This document shows positions 10,069 to 19,717 of a stretch of DNA of 64,000 bases, piece by piece. The position numbers were made by a program, and so were the translations under genes. This DNA is from Nitrospirota bacterium. Its GTDB lineage: Bacteria > Nitrospirota > UBA9217. The notes under the pieces were generated by a model. That model was given only the letters and a program-made list of their open reading frames with translations. It had not been told where the DNA came from and did no database searches. The stretch covers positions 192,001-256,000 of the forward strand of contig CAWJQQ010000006.1 of assembly GCA_963845065.1 (NCBI GenBank), given 5' to 3'. Within the stretch, counting starts at the first letter, position 1, and each line of letters opens with the position of its first letter.

Positions 10069-11556
10069 TCAATTGATCTTCACGTCCCCGGCGCTCTTGT
10101 GTTCCACGGCATAAATGCCCTGCAATGCTTCCTGGATCTGGCGCACCTCAGGGAACTGCTTGCTCATCTCGAAGTAAATTTCAAGAGCCTCTGAAAATTT
10201 CTTGGTCCGGTAATAGGCTTCCGCGAGATTAACAAGCATTGCCGGATCGTTTGCTTCGATTTTGTTCTTGTTGCTCTTGTCGCGACCCGCCTCCAGGTAC
10301 GACGCTGCATTGGCGTAATCCGTCTTTCCGAGATAATATCTGCCGATTGCGATGTTGAGGATTGATAATTTATGGCCTTCACCTGCTTCGACCAAGGCTG
10401 TGGATTTTTTCACCGTCTGCGTGCATTCGGCCTTAAGCCTGCTGCAGGCGAACAATACCTCCGCGAGAAGATCAGGAGCCTCTGGCTGTTTTCGCAGGAG
10501 TTCTTCCCAGATACCCACGGCATCGGTTACATGACTTTTCTGGTACAGGTTGGCGCCCTGCCAGACGCGGATGCGGTCTTTATACTGCTGGGGCATCTGC
10601 GATGAAGAAACGAAGGCGGCAATCACTTTGGCAGACTTATCGAGAGAACCGAAGAGCGCATAGGCCTGGCCAAGATAAAATTCCGCGGCGTCCTTCACCT
10701 TCGAATCTGCCGTTGCTTTTTCTAGATAGGAGACGCTCGCCTGACCATAGATTGTCGCCATATCGCCGAGAAGGGCGAGATCGTAAAAGTTGATGATCTT
10801 TGATTTGTCCAGCGTCTCCCGGTACGAATAAGCTTTGAGGTCCGAGCGTTTGATGAGGTCAAGCCCTTTCTCGGTCAGCCCTGCCTTGGCATAGACAGCA
10901 AGGATATTCTTGACCATGCGCATCGTGAGCGGCTTGCCGGACCGTTTCGATGCTGCAAGGCTCTCAGCAGTGAGCGCCACAGAATTTTTATCCGCAAGTC
11001 CCGCTTTGATGTATGCGGCGGCAAGTTCGGCCTTCACCTCGGGGTCAGAAGAGTCAATCGCTGACCAGAGCTTCGTAGCTTTCTCGGCTTCATGATTCTG
11101 ATAGTAACACAGGCCGAGACAAACCTTGGCCTCGGACTGGTACCTAGGTCCCGGCTTTTTACTCGCTGTAAATTTTTCCAGGTAACTGGCCGCGGCAGCA
11201 TATTTTCCGGTCTCCATGAGAGCTTCACCGAGATAGAAATCGACGAAACGGCTTCTGGCTGGGCCATGGGCGGCGGCCAGCTTTTTCAAATAGTCCTGTG
11301 ATGCAGAAGCCGCGGCCTGGAATAACTCACGGTGCAAAAGTGAGTTACTGAGGTAGACCATGCCAAGCGTCAGGTTAGCCATCCCCTGTCTCGACTGGTC
11401 GATAGAGGTGGTGTCGGAATTTAGCACTGCAGCGGCCTCCCCGTAATGCCGCCTTTCATAAAGCTTCATCGCCTTCGTTAGAGAATCATCCGCAGCATAG
11501 CTCTGCGCAGAGGCTAGGAGAATAAGAGATGAAAAGAACAACAAGATGCGTTTCAT
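10069..11556 (-). CDS. Exported tetratricopeptide-repeat protein
   Basis: Sec signal MKRILLFF...SYA; repeated TPR helices (FYLGEALMETGKY, NLAEAYYRTKKFSEAL); SD CAGGAG before ATG 11556. Confidence 0.8.
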   Translation of the reverse strand: MKRILLFFSSLILLASAQSYAADDSLTKAMKLYERRHYGEAAAVLNSDTTSIDQSRQGMANLTLGMVYLSNSLLHRELFQAAASASQDYLKKLAAAHGPARSRFVDFYLGEALMETGKYAAAASYLEKFTASKKPGPRYQSEAKVCLGLCYYQNHEAEKATKLWSAIDSSDPEVKAELAAAYIKAGLADKNSVALTAESLAASKRSGKPLTMRMVKNILAVYAKAGLTEKGLDLIKRSDLKAYSYRETLDKSKIINFYDLALLGDMATIYGQASVSYLEKATADSKVKDAAEFYLGQAYALFGSLDKSAKVIAAFVSSSQMPQQYKDRIRVWQGANLYQKSHVTDAVGIWEELLRKQPEAPDLLAEVLFACSRLKAECTQTVKKSTALVEAGEGHKLSILNIAIGRYYLGKTDYANAASYLEAGRDKSNKNKIEANDPAMLVNLAEAYYRTKKFSEALEIYFEMSKQFPEVRQIQEALQGIYAVEHKSAGDVKIN

Positions 11557-11618
11557 GCCTGCTCCTGAAACAAATTTAACATTCAAAATGCGCACCGAGT
11601 GCCATAATTACGATCCAG

Positions 11619-12902
11619 CTACTTTCTTCCACTTACTGGGTTTCCATCCTTCAGTCTTGACAGAAAGATCTGATCCCACTGGTTGACCTGAGCGCGGAAT
11701 GCGATGGTTCCATCACTTGCACAGGAGACGTCATGGTTCATCTTCGTATCCGTTTTAAGCGGCACGCTCATTTTTAGTCTGACATTCACGATATAGAGGG
11801 GATTGAATTCCTGTCGGTCGTTCTTCACGTAGATGATACTGTTGCTGTCCGGCATCCAGGCAGGCCCTGTCTCTACATCGGCGACAACATCTATTGCAAC
11901 GGCTTTTGAAGCAAGTCCATCACCCTCCGTAGGGTCAGAACCGTCCGCTGCAATGACGAAGATCGACCACATCTTCGGGTCCCCTGCCGTATTGTAATTG
12001 GAATAAAATGCGATTTTTTTGCCGTCGGGCGACCAGACCGGCCGAAGATCGTCAGCGGACCAGGTCGTGAGCGCTTTTTTGGACTCCATCGGCAGTGACA
12101 GGTCGCTGATGATAACGATGGCATGGTTCTCGTTGCTGCCGTGCATCATCACGATCTTTTTGCCGTCTGGTGACCATTGGGGATAGAGATAGGCATTCTC
12201 TCCCCATGTCAGCCGCGTGAGCGCCTTTGTTTTAAGGTCGAGGAGATAGATATCGCCGTTTCCCGTACGCCCTGATACGAAGACGACGCTGTCCTCGACC
12301 GGCGACCACTGGGCCTGGCCGTCTTTCTCTTTGTGCTCCGTAAGCCGTTCCGGAGCGCTGCCTCCGAGGTCAAGCAGGTATATATCGTAGTTGCCCACAC
12401 CGCCGTTGCTCATGAACACGAACCTTAACTCATCGGGCGACCAGGTAATGCCCGCATTATAGCTCGTATCATCGGACACGCCGGGGGAAAAAAACTTCGT
12501 TTCCGGACCGATCGGGGACAACAGGTAGAAAACGGTCTGGACCGGCGTGCCGTCCGAAAGCAGGACGCGGAGTTCCTTATTATCGCCAATGCTCCGTTCA
12601 AAGGCGATGAACGTTCCCTGAGGAGACCAGACTGGGTTCGAATCGTTCCGCCCGGATTCGATTGGGACGAGCGGCCGCACGTAGAGCGGCTCGACTGCTT
12701 CGGACTTTTTCCCCTCTGCTTGATTCCCGGTCTCAGTTGGGCCGGAAAGCAGGTCGAGAGGAGCGACTGACGACGGAGCAGAGCGGCCAGTTCCCGTGAT
12801 CGTCGGCGCCGACAGGACATCGCCAGCAATCACCACAGGGACGATGGCTGCTGCGGAGAGTGCAACAATCACCAGGGCGCAATAAAACTTCCAACCCTTC
12901 AC
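11619..12902 (-). CDS. TolB-like PD40 beta-propeller protein, exported
   Basis: Repeated P-x-WSP-DG motifs (PVWSPQG, ITWSPDE, AQWSP, PQWSPDGKKI, PVWSPDGKKI, PAWMPDS); N-terminal hydrophobic signal; GTG start. Confidence 0.85.
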   Translation of the reverse strand: MKGWKFYCALVIVALSAAAIVPVVIAGDVLSAPTITGTGRSAPSSVAPLDLLSGPTETGNQAEGKKSEAVEPLYVRPLVPIESGRNDSNPVWSPQGTFIAFERSIGDNKELRVLLSDGTPVQTVFYLLSPIGPETKFFSPGVSDDTSYNAGITWSPDELRFVFMSNGGVGNYDIYLLDLGGSAPERLTEHKEKDGQAQWSPVEDSVVFVSGRTGNGDIYLLDLKTKALTRLTWGENAYLYPQWSPDGKKIVMMHGSNENHAIVIISDLSLPMESKKALTTWSADDLRPVWSPDGKKIAFYSNYNTAGDPKMWSIFVIAADGSDPTEGDGLASKAVAIDVVADVETGPAWMPDSNSIIYVKNDRQEFNPLYIVNVRLKMSVPLKTDTKMNHDVSCASDGTIAFRAQVNQWDQIFLSRLKDGNPVSGRK

Positions 12903-12916
12903 CAGGATTCCTCCGC

Positions 12917-15490
12917 TTAAAGGTTTTTGATCTGGTCCCAGTACTTCTGCGCCGATTCTCGCGCCTGATCAAAAGTACTGTTGCCTTCGAGTTTCTTGGG
13001 GAAGAAATCGAAGTAGGTGCGCCATGCGATGTTTGCGTTGTTTAGAATGTTGCTCTTCCGAGTGATCTGGTAAAGCTTCTGGTATGAAAGCGCCGTGTAG
13101 TAATAAGTGTCGTGCACAGCCTCGTCATAGTGGTCATCTGGGAAGAACCGCATGTTTTGCTTAGCAAGCTCGAGGTTCTGGATCGCTTTGGCGAAGTTCT
13201 GAGCCGCAGCCTCGCGGTCCTTCTGGATGAGCGAATTGCCCTTCTCGTAATAGGCATGGCCGAGGTTCATAAACGCCACAGAAAATTGCTTGTACACGAG
13301 CTGCTGGTTCTCTGGCAGCGAGAGCACGTTTTCAAACTCGCGAATGGCTCCGTCGTAATCACCTTTTTCGTCGAGGTAGATCCGGGCCAGCTGATGGTGC
13401 GCCACGGAATAATCGGGATGGCCTTTCTCTGTACTCTTGTACGCCACGATTGCACCATCGATATCACCGCTCTGTTCCGCCCGTTCACCGATCTTGAGGA
13501 AGTCCTTATACAGAACGATCTTTGCGTCACCTGTGCGGTTCTCCTCTTTCTTGGAGAACTCGACCACCTCTTCCCAGTCGCGGTAATCTCCGCTTAGTGA
13601 AACTTTTACTGAATGGAAACCGAAATTCACCGGTTTCCCGTCTAGGATAGGCGTCCTTCCGATATTGTCGCCGTCGACGTACACGTCGGCGCCGGTAGGA
13701 TCGGAGTCGATCTTAAACATGGAGTTATTGACAAGGAGCGTGTATTCCTTAGTGTCTTTGTTCTTCTCGATCATGACCTGCTCGGTCACCTGCTGGTAGC
13801 CGTGACGGTACAGCAAAAGCGTCAAGTTCTTGTTCAGCCTTATCGGAACCTCGGCTTTGCCGTCGGGACCGGTCGAGCCTAGCCAATCACCGTTCACGTA
13901 GATGTTCACCGCGTTGAGCGGAGAAGTGTCAGGAGGCAGGCCTCCCTTAACCAGAAGGACTAAGTAGTTGCGCATGCTCTCTTCCTCGCCTTCCCGATAG
14001 ATGCGCCGAACCACCCTGTCGCCGAGGGCGATATTCTCGTTTTTTTTCAGGTCCTCCACCTCAGTCCATGACCCGTTCTCTTCAGATTTCTTGACCCGAA
14101 GCCTGCCAGTTTCGCGGTATCCCAATATTTTTCCCGTCTCATCCATGTGTGGTGTCAAGAGCGTAAAATCCGTTCCTCGGGTAATTTTATACCCGCTTCG
14201 CCCGAGGTTGATCCGATAACGTTCACCGTCAACTCCGATTATGGCGCCTTCAAAGGGGAATCGCTCGATCACGGCGTTCGCAATGTCCTTAGCTGCCCCG
14301 TTTATGTTGCCTGCGCCCTTGGCCCGTGTGATCTGGGAGAGGATCAGCGTACCGTCGGAGGTGTAGAACTTAGTCTCGATCAAGAAGCCCTTCTCGTCCT
14401 TTGCCACACTGCCCAAGATTATCATGTCAACGGTCTTCTTGAGCGGCGTCTCGCGCCATCCCTTAGTGGTGATCTTGTCGATGTTTAGTTTTGCGAGCTT
14501 CATGTCGGACTGGAGTGTCATAGATGGGACCTCGCGGAAACACGAATATTCAAAGAGCTGCGCAGCTACTGCCCCTTCGGTCCGGGCCAGGACGTCCTTG
14601 AGATCAATATCGGGAGTGTTGCTTACAAACCGGTAGATGCCGGTCCTGATCGGTTTTGGTGTCTTAGGATAAAAGTACCGGTTGATGTTAACCTCACCTT
14701 TCAGCATGATCGTCGTCTTCCAAAACTCGGGGATATATCCGGGAGCGGCCATCGAGAGTGGCACTCTTTTGCCAGGCTCGCCATCGTAAGACCAGGTCAA
14801 TGCCCCCTTCTCGTCGGTCTTGCCCGCGTCCTTATCGTTGATGGTCATGTCAATGCCCGGGATGCCGCTCGCTTGTCCGTACTGTTCCATGAGGGCTTTG
14901 ATCGTCACGGTCACGCGCCTACTGAGCTTGGCCTCGATGATCTGGCCGGCCTCCACAGCACCAGTTTTGTGCCAGGCTGCGAATCCTGATTTGTTCACCG
15001 AAAGGTCGATGCCGCCCTCGCGCAGGTCCTTATACTCGTATACGAACCTGCCCGACTCATTCGTCTTGCCGACCTCCTTACCCGCCGCCCTGACAATAGC
15101 GCCCGGGACCGGCGAACCATTCTCGGTCACGACAAAAGTTACGTAACGCGTTGCGGAAAGATCAGCTATCAATGAATATGTGTCCATGATCCCGGCCTTA
15201 GGCAGCTTCATCAGGATCGAACCCTTCCATGGTTTGATATGGTAGCCCGGAATTTCCTTGGAAACAACGATCTCAATGTCTGCCCCTGGCTTCTTACTTA
15301 TGACTTTGGAGAAAACGCCGTTTTCATCAGTTACGCCTTGCTCTTCATTATCCACGGTCACGCTCGCGTGCGCCGCAGGCTGGCCGTTCATGTTGGCCTT
15401 CACTTTGAGTTCAAGCTTTTCTCCTGCGCAGCCAAAGAGCAGGGACGATGCCATCACCAGTATAGGTAAATGAATTGCACGCTTAATCAT
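12917..15490 (-). CDS. Large lipoprotein with repeated beta-sandwich/PEGA domains, a CsgG/TolB_N-like domain, an FlgT_C-like domain and C-terminal TPRs
   Basis: Lipobox LLFGC; repeats GxTDExG; PEGA IDSDPTGADVYVDG...GRTP; INLGR...GDRV FlgT-like segment; TPRs at the C-terminus. Confidence 0.75.
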   Translation of the reverse strand: MIKRAIHLPILVMASSLLFGCAGEKLELKVKANMNGQPAAHASVTVDNEEQGVTDENGVFSKVISKKPGADIEIVVSKEIPGYHIKPWKGSILMKLPKAGIMDTYSLIADLSATRYVTFVVTENGSPVPGAIVRAAGKEVGKTNESGRFVYEYKDLREGGIDLSVNKSGFAAWHKTGAVEAGQIIEAKLSRRVTVTIKALMEQYGQASGIPGIDMTINDKDAGKTDEKGALTWSYDGEPGKRVPLSMAAPGYIPEFWKTTIMLKGEVNINRYFYPKTPKPIRTGIYRFVSNTPDIDLKDVLARTEGAVAAQLFEYSCFREVPSMTLQSDMKLAKLNIDKITTKGWRETPLKKTVDMIILGSVAKDEKGFLIETKFYTSDGTLILSQITRAKGAGNINGAAKDIANAVIERFPFEGAIIGVDGERYRINLGRSGYKITRGTDFTLLTPHMDETGKILGYRETGRLRVKKSEENGSWTEVEDLKKNENIALGDRVVRRIYREGEEESMRNYLVLLVKGGLPPDTSPLNAVNIYVNGDWLGSTGPDGKAEVPIRLNKNLTLLLYRHGYQQVTEQVMIEKNKDTKEYTLLVNNSMFKIDSDPTGADVYVDGDNIGRTPILDGKPVNFGFHSVKVSLSGDYRDWEEVVEFSKKEENRTGDAKIVLYKDFLKIGERAEQSGDIDGAIVAYKSTEKGHPDYSVAHHQLARIYLDEKGDYDGAIREFENVLSLPENQQLVYKQFSVAFMNLGHAYYEKGNSLIQKDREAAAQNFAKAIQNLELAKQNMRFFPDDHYDEAVHDTYYYTALSYQKLYQITRKSNILNNANIAWRTYFDFFPKKLEGNSTFDQARESAQKYWDQIKNL

Positions 15491-15656
15491 ACGACGCCTC
15501 CTTGTTAAATCGGGATAGCAGTGAAACTAATAATGAATGTCTTCGCAGTAGAATCAAAATCTGCCCCTGAGACAACTAGGCATGGAGAAATAATATCTGA
15601 ACTTGCCACATTATCTTTGCTCTTATATGTCAAAGCAGTGGATGGATTCCGTCGTA

Positions 15657-16106
15657 TTACATCGTCGGCGGCTGGATATTAACTTCGCCGGGATTTACAA
15701 TCTTGTCTTCGTCTGACTTCGATCCCTCGATGCTCTTTTGCTTGCTTTCAGGAATCATCTTGAGTTTGAACTCTACTTTTTTGCTGCCGAACTTTGTGAT
15801 CTCGACGGACTGCGTTTCGGTCATATAGCCGATCCTGCTCGCTTCCACCTTATACATTCCTGGGACGATGAAGTTTTTGATGGATACAAACTTGCCCTCT
15901 GCATCAACGTCGACTGCTTGCGACGCTTTTTCCAGCGTTGTGGTCGTATTGATCATATTCACTACCGTCCCTTGCGGATTTTCCGTGGCGATTGGGACCG
16001 GTTGCATCTTTGCGTCCAGAAGCTGGACCGTACCGTAGATCTTGGAAGCGCATGATACAAGTGAGAGTGCTAGTACGGCGAGTAGAACAGTGTGTCTGAA
16101 CTTCAT
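15657..16106 (-). CDS. Small lipoprotein with carboxypeptidase-regulatory-like (CarboxypepD_reg) fold
   Basis: SD AGGAGG before ATG 16106; lipobox LVSC; DAEGKF...VPGMYKVEASRIGY motif. Confidence 0.75.
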   Translation of the reverse strand: MKFRHTVLLAVLALSLVSCASKIYGTVQLLDAKMQPVPIATENPQGTVVNMINTTTTLEKASQAVDVDAEGKFVSIKNFIVPGMYKVEASRIGYMTETQSVEITKFGSKKVEFKLKMIPESKQKSIEGSKSDEDKIVNPGEVNIQPPTM

Positions 16107-16179
16107 GTTCGATTCCTCCTGTGCCATGAATGTGATTCGGTTATGCAGAGATGCTCCGCACCTAATAAGATGATGGAGC

Positions 16180-16222
16180 AAAAAAAAACCGCCAAGTGAA
16201 CAATAACGATGTTCTTTGGCGG
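16180..16222 (-). terminator. Riboswitch expression-platform intrinsic terminator
   Basis: CCGCCAA-AGAACA-loop-UGUUC-AC-UUGGCGG followed by U9; its 5' arm is the 3' end of the aptamer. Confidence 0.88.
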
Positions 16223-16346
16223 CTCGACTCGCATATAAAATGCATGCCTTTCCGTCATATTATTGGGTCGATCGGAAAGCACTGCCGTTTTACGTAGCTT
16301 CGTAGCTCTGCGCCCTCCGGTTTCCCGGGGTTTGCTCTGAGCAAAG
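16214..16346 (-). ncRNA. GEMM-I (c-di-GMP-I family) riboswitch aptamer, A20 variant (candidate 3',3'-cGAMP sensor)
   Basis: Minus strand CUUUG-CUCAG-A-GCAAA-CCCCGG-GAAA-CCGGAGGG-CGCAGA-GCUACGAAGCUACG...UAUGCGAGUCGAGC-CGCC-AAAG matches P1/P2/P3, the GNRA loop and its receptor. Confidence 0.88.
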
Positions 16347-16384
16347 GATATGTTAAACTGGTTTTCGATTCAACGACAATTAAA

Positions 16385-16413
16385 AATTTATCATGTTGTC
16401 TTCCTCTTGTCAA
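16385..16413 (-). promoter_or_regulatory. Sigma70-type promoter for the riboswitch-led operon
   Basis: TTGACA (16413-16408), 17-nt spacer ending in TGn, TAAATT (16390-16385). Confidence 0.75.
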
Positions 16414-16625
16414 GTGACGAACTCCTTTAAAAAAACTTCATGAAAAGCTTGACTTAATCGGAGGTTATCGTGAATGACGTCCGCAAGTGAACCCGGATAA
16501 TTGTCTCAGTGTAATCATAATCACAAAATTAAAAAGATTATCTACCTTATCGGAGCTGACTTTCCCTGATTCGAATTAATGCGAAAACTGTTTGTTGTCC
16601 AACTTGCGGTACACTGTAGTCCGGA

Positions 16626-17927
16626 TTATGCTCTCTGCAAATATTCCATGATTTTTTCTCGCAGCGTTTTATAGACCCACTCGAATTTAGCGTCGTCAGC
16701 TTCTAACAGCGTAACTCGAAAGCCCTGCAAATCGCAGTTGAATCCCGTGAGTGGGACCACGCAGATACCCGTAGCGCCCAGGAGATAATAAACAAATCGC
16801 TTATCGAGCGGAACGTCCTGCACAAGCTTCTCCACCATCTCTTTCGCCTTCACATTTCCGATGGCAAGCTTCTGGTTCTGGGTCAGGGCGTTCGCGCGGA
16901 ACATGACCGTCATATAAAAGGCGCCGTTCGTCTGATTTACGATAATGCCCTCGATGTCCTTCAGGAGGTGGTATGCGATGCGCGACCTCCTCTCGAACAC
17001 AGCATTGCGATGTACAATGTGGTTTGCATATCGTGCATCACCCATGATGATAGGGATCACCTTCTGGGGAAGCGTCGTTGAGCAGACTTCAAGCATTTTA
17101 TCGTCCACGATGCTCTTGATATATTTCGCAAACACGGGGTCCTTGTCAGCGTTGTAGACCTCGATCCAGCCGCACCGGGCCCCGGGCCAGGGAAGTTCCT
17201 TCGAGATGCCCTTCATCGATATGCCACAGACCCCGTTAATCACGTCGGCTAGAGGAATAGCTTTTTCTCCATTGTAGGTCAGGTTGATGTATATCTCGTC
17301 GCAGACCATGAAAAGATCGTACTGTTTCGCGATGGCCACGATCTCCATTAACACTTCGCGCGGGTAGACCGCACCTGTAGGGTTGTCCGGGTTAATGACG
17401 AGTATGCCGGAGATGGATGGATTGTACTTCACTTTCATCCTCAGGTCGTTCAAGTCAGGGTACCAATGGTTGTGCGGGTCGAGCCTGTAGGAAAGGTAAT
17501 CCGAGCCGGCATGTGATGCCTCTGATGACGAATGAGTGCTGTAGGCGGGACTCGGGCCGATGACGCGATACTCTTTCCGGAGCTGTCCGTAAACCTTGCT
17601 GATAGCGTCTCCAAGGCCATTAAAGAAGATGATGTCCTCTTTTGTGATATTAACTCCGCCGTTCTTGTTCGCTTTCTGCGCAAGAAACTCCCTCGTCTCA
17701 TCAAGACCCTTAGTTGGAGAATAAGCGTAAGTCAGATCTTCCTTCATCGTCGCAGTGATGATATCCTTGATCCAACCGGGAACTTTTTCTCCCTTCTGTA
17801 CTGGGTCGCCGATGTTCTCCCAGTTAATCTCGATTCCGAGATTGGCAAATTCCTTTGCAACAGCGACGATCTCGCGGATCTCATACTTAAGCTCATCAGC
17901 GCCGAGTGAAACAATGTTATTTCTCAT
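16626..17927 (-). CDS. PLP-dependent aminotransferase class I/II (AlaA/AspC-like)
   Basis: NIGDP, INPDNPTGAVY, DEIY, GISKELPWPGARCGW. Confidence 0.92.
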   Translation of the reverse strand: MRNNIVSLGADELKYEIREIVAVAKEFANLGIEINWENIGDPVQKGEKVPGWIKDIITATMKEDLTYAYSPTKGLDETREFLAQKANKNGGVNITKEDIIFFNGLGDAISKVYGQLRKEYRVIGPSPAYSTHSSSEASHAGSDYLSYRLDPHNHWYPDLNDLRMKVKYNPSISGILVINPDNPTGAVYPREVLMEIVAIAKQYDLFMVCDEIYINLTYNGEKAIPLADVINGVCGISMKGISKELPWPGARCGWIEVYNADKDPVFAKYIKSIVDDKMLEVCSTTLPQKVIPIIMGDARYANHIVHRNAVFERRSRIAYHLLKDIEGIIVNQTNGAFYMTVMFRANALTQNQKLAIGNVKAKEMVEKLVQDVPLDKRFVYYLLGATGICVVPLTGFNCDLQGFRVTLLEADDAKFEWVYKTLREKIMEYLQRA

Positions 17928-18040
17928 GAAGCTCCTTTGTTAAAAATGGGATGGCAGTGCTTATATTACCAAATTCGACAGCCTGGAGTAAAGCCAAATT
18001 TCCCATCAAAATCCAGATTTATTCACCGGGGGGAGGAAAG

Positions 18041-19606
18041 CTGACCACTCCCCATAGTTAAAACTAGGGGTTCTGACGGCAATGCCGACAGTCTCTCTGG
18101 CAACAACACAAACATTGCCAGCCTCGACTGTCGTTGATTCGTTTTAAACGGGCGAGTTGCTCTGTCTCCAGTCTGCGCTTGTACCACCTTCATCGCTCGC
18201 GCGAGACCGAAGCTGGCCGGATGAATCCGGCCTATCGCCGCTTCATGCTGCACCCTCAACACCGCCCGTTCCAGGAGCAGGTTTGCACCCGGCCAGGCTA
18301 CTAAAGCCTGGCGCGTGTTGAGGACATCGTTCGAAACGTACTTTGCGAGAAATGCGGAATACAGATCTCGCTATGCATCCACACCACATGCGCAAACGTG
18401 TTGCCGCTTTGAGAGGGGCTTCTTTTTAACTTCACCGCAGTGGCATGTCTCTGAAAGTTTCGTGCTTTGGGTAGGGAATTCGATTATCTGGCCGCCAGCG
18501 TTTTCGGCTTTGCGGCGAAGCATCAAAAAAAACATACCCGGAGCGCGTCTTGATACGCTTTTGCCAAATGTTCTTTGAAAGGCTTCGTACGAAAGTTTCT
18601 CGGTTTTGATGTTAGTCCCGAGCTTAAGAATCTCATTGGCAGGCTTTCCATGAGATCGTTTTCTCGTTGCAGCGAGGACCCGCTTAAGCTCTGCCAACAC
18701 AGCCTAGAGCTCGGTATTGAGCGGAGAAAACCCACTGCTTTTTGCCGGAATTGATTGTGCCGTTCTCGTTGTAGTTATCTGGATTAGTGGCTCTAAGACT
18801 TCTGTCTATCTTGCGCTGCACAACCCTGATTTGTTTGTACGGAACCTCGACTTCCGGGCAGAATTCAACGAGCCGGGCATCGGTATCGCCAACGATAGCG
18901 CCTGTGGATGGGCCGATGTCTAAACCAACAGTCTCGGTGCCGATCTGGTTCTCTCGCTTGACCTTAGCCGTGCCCTTCAGTACGAGTTGGGCAAACCAGC
19001 GGGGGTTGCCGCGGATCGTCTTCTTGACTAGCCGGACATATTTGACTTCATGGCTAAGCGTGTGAGCCTGGACACCGAACTTATCCTTGTGATCGAAGAG
19101 ACAGCTGAGGTTAAGTCCAGACCACTCGATATGATCATCGCACCACCGTATTCCGGATGCGTTGTTTTTGCCTTCAACGGACGATATCCAGCCACGGCAT
19201 TTAAACCGGGGCTTGCCATGCTTACCAAACTCGTAGTCGGTTACGGCCTGAAACGCTCGGGTTGCTATCTTCTGGGCAGTCAGGCTATCGATATGGTCGC
19301 CGCGATCCAGCATGCGTTTCTAAACCGACCGACGTACTCATGGAGGCTGTATTCGGTATGGTTGGCTTGGTTTCTGGCTGCCTTAAACATCTTGGTGCGC
19401 AGCTTGCTTTTCTTCTTTCTAATCGCAGTGCGCCATTTTTCAGACTGACGTATTGCAGCAAGACGTTTCAGCGCTTCGCCAAGGCAGGCATTATACAGAT
19501 GGCGGCCAGCCTCGAGCCGAATAGCAAGCATTCGGTTGTCTTTGTGGGTAGCTACGAGTTGAAACTCATGGATGGAAGAGGGGGTTTTTAATTTATCACA
19601 TGGCAT
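18041..19606 (-). pseudogene. tnpB: TnpB RNA-guided nuclease, disrupted by two frameshifts and an amber stop
   Basis: RHLYNACL; GKPRFK; RuvC-I GLDIGPST; RuvC-II IKTEKLSY; Zn finger CHCG...CACG; RuvC-III RDLYSA after TAG at 18371-18373; frame breaks near 19300 and 18700. Confidence 0.88.
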
Positions 19607-19717
19607 TGTTATGTTAGATATACCATTTAGATGAACATTTGTCTAGCAATTGTCGGGAAGTTAAGTTCCCGCATTCATCCCCATGGTTAAAACCAGGGGC
19701 TTTCTGCGGATGGTTTG
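18041..19717 (-). mobile_element. IS200/IS605-family tnpB-only (IS1341-like) element, non-autonomous
   Basis: Left end: TTAC target, AAAG guide, hairpin CCCCTGGTTTTAACCATGGGG. Right end: GAAC guide, hairpin CCCCTAGTTTTAACTATGGGG, terminal TCAG. No tnpA inside. Confidence 0.85.

Noticed and set aside
18371..18373. Amber codon in tnpB as pyrrolysine or read-through
   Set aside because: It falls at the expected Gln of QRDLYSA (CAG to TAG) in a gene that also has two frameshifts.
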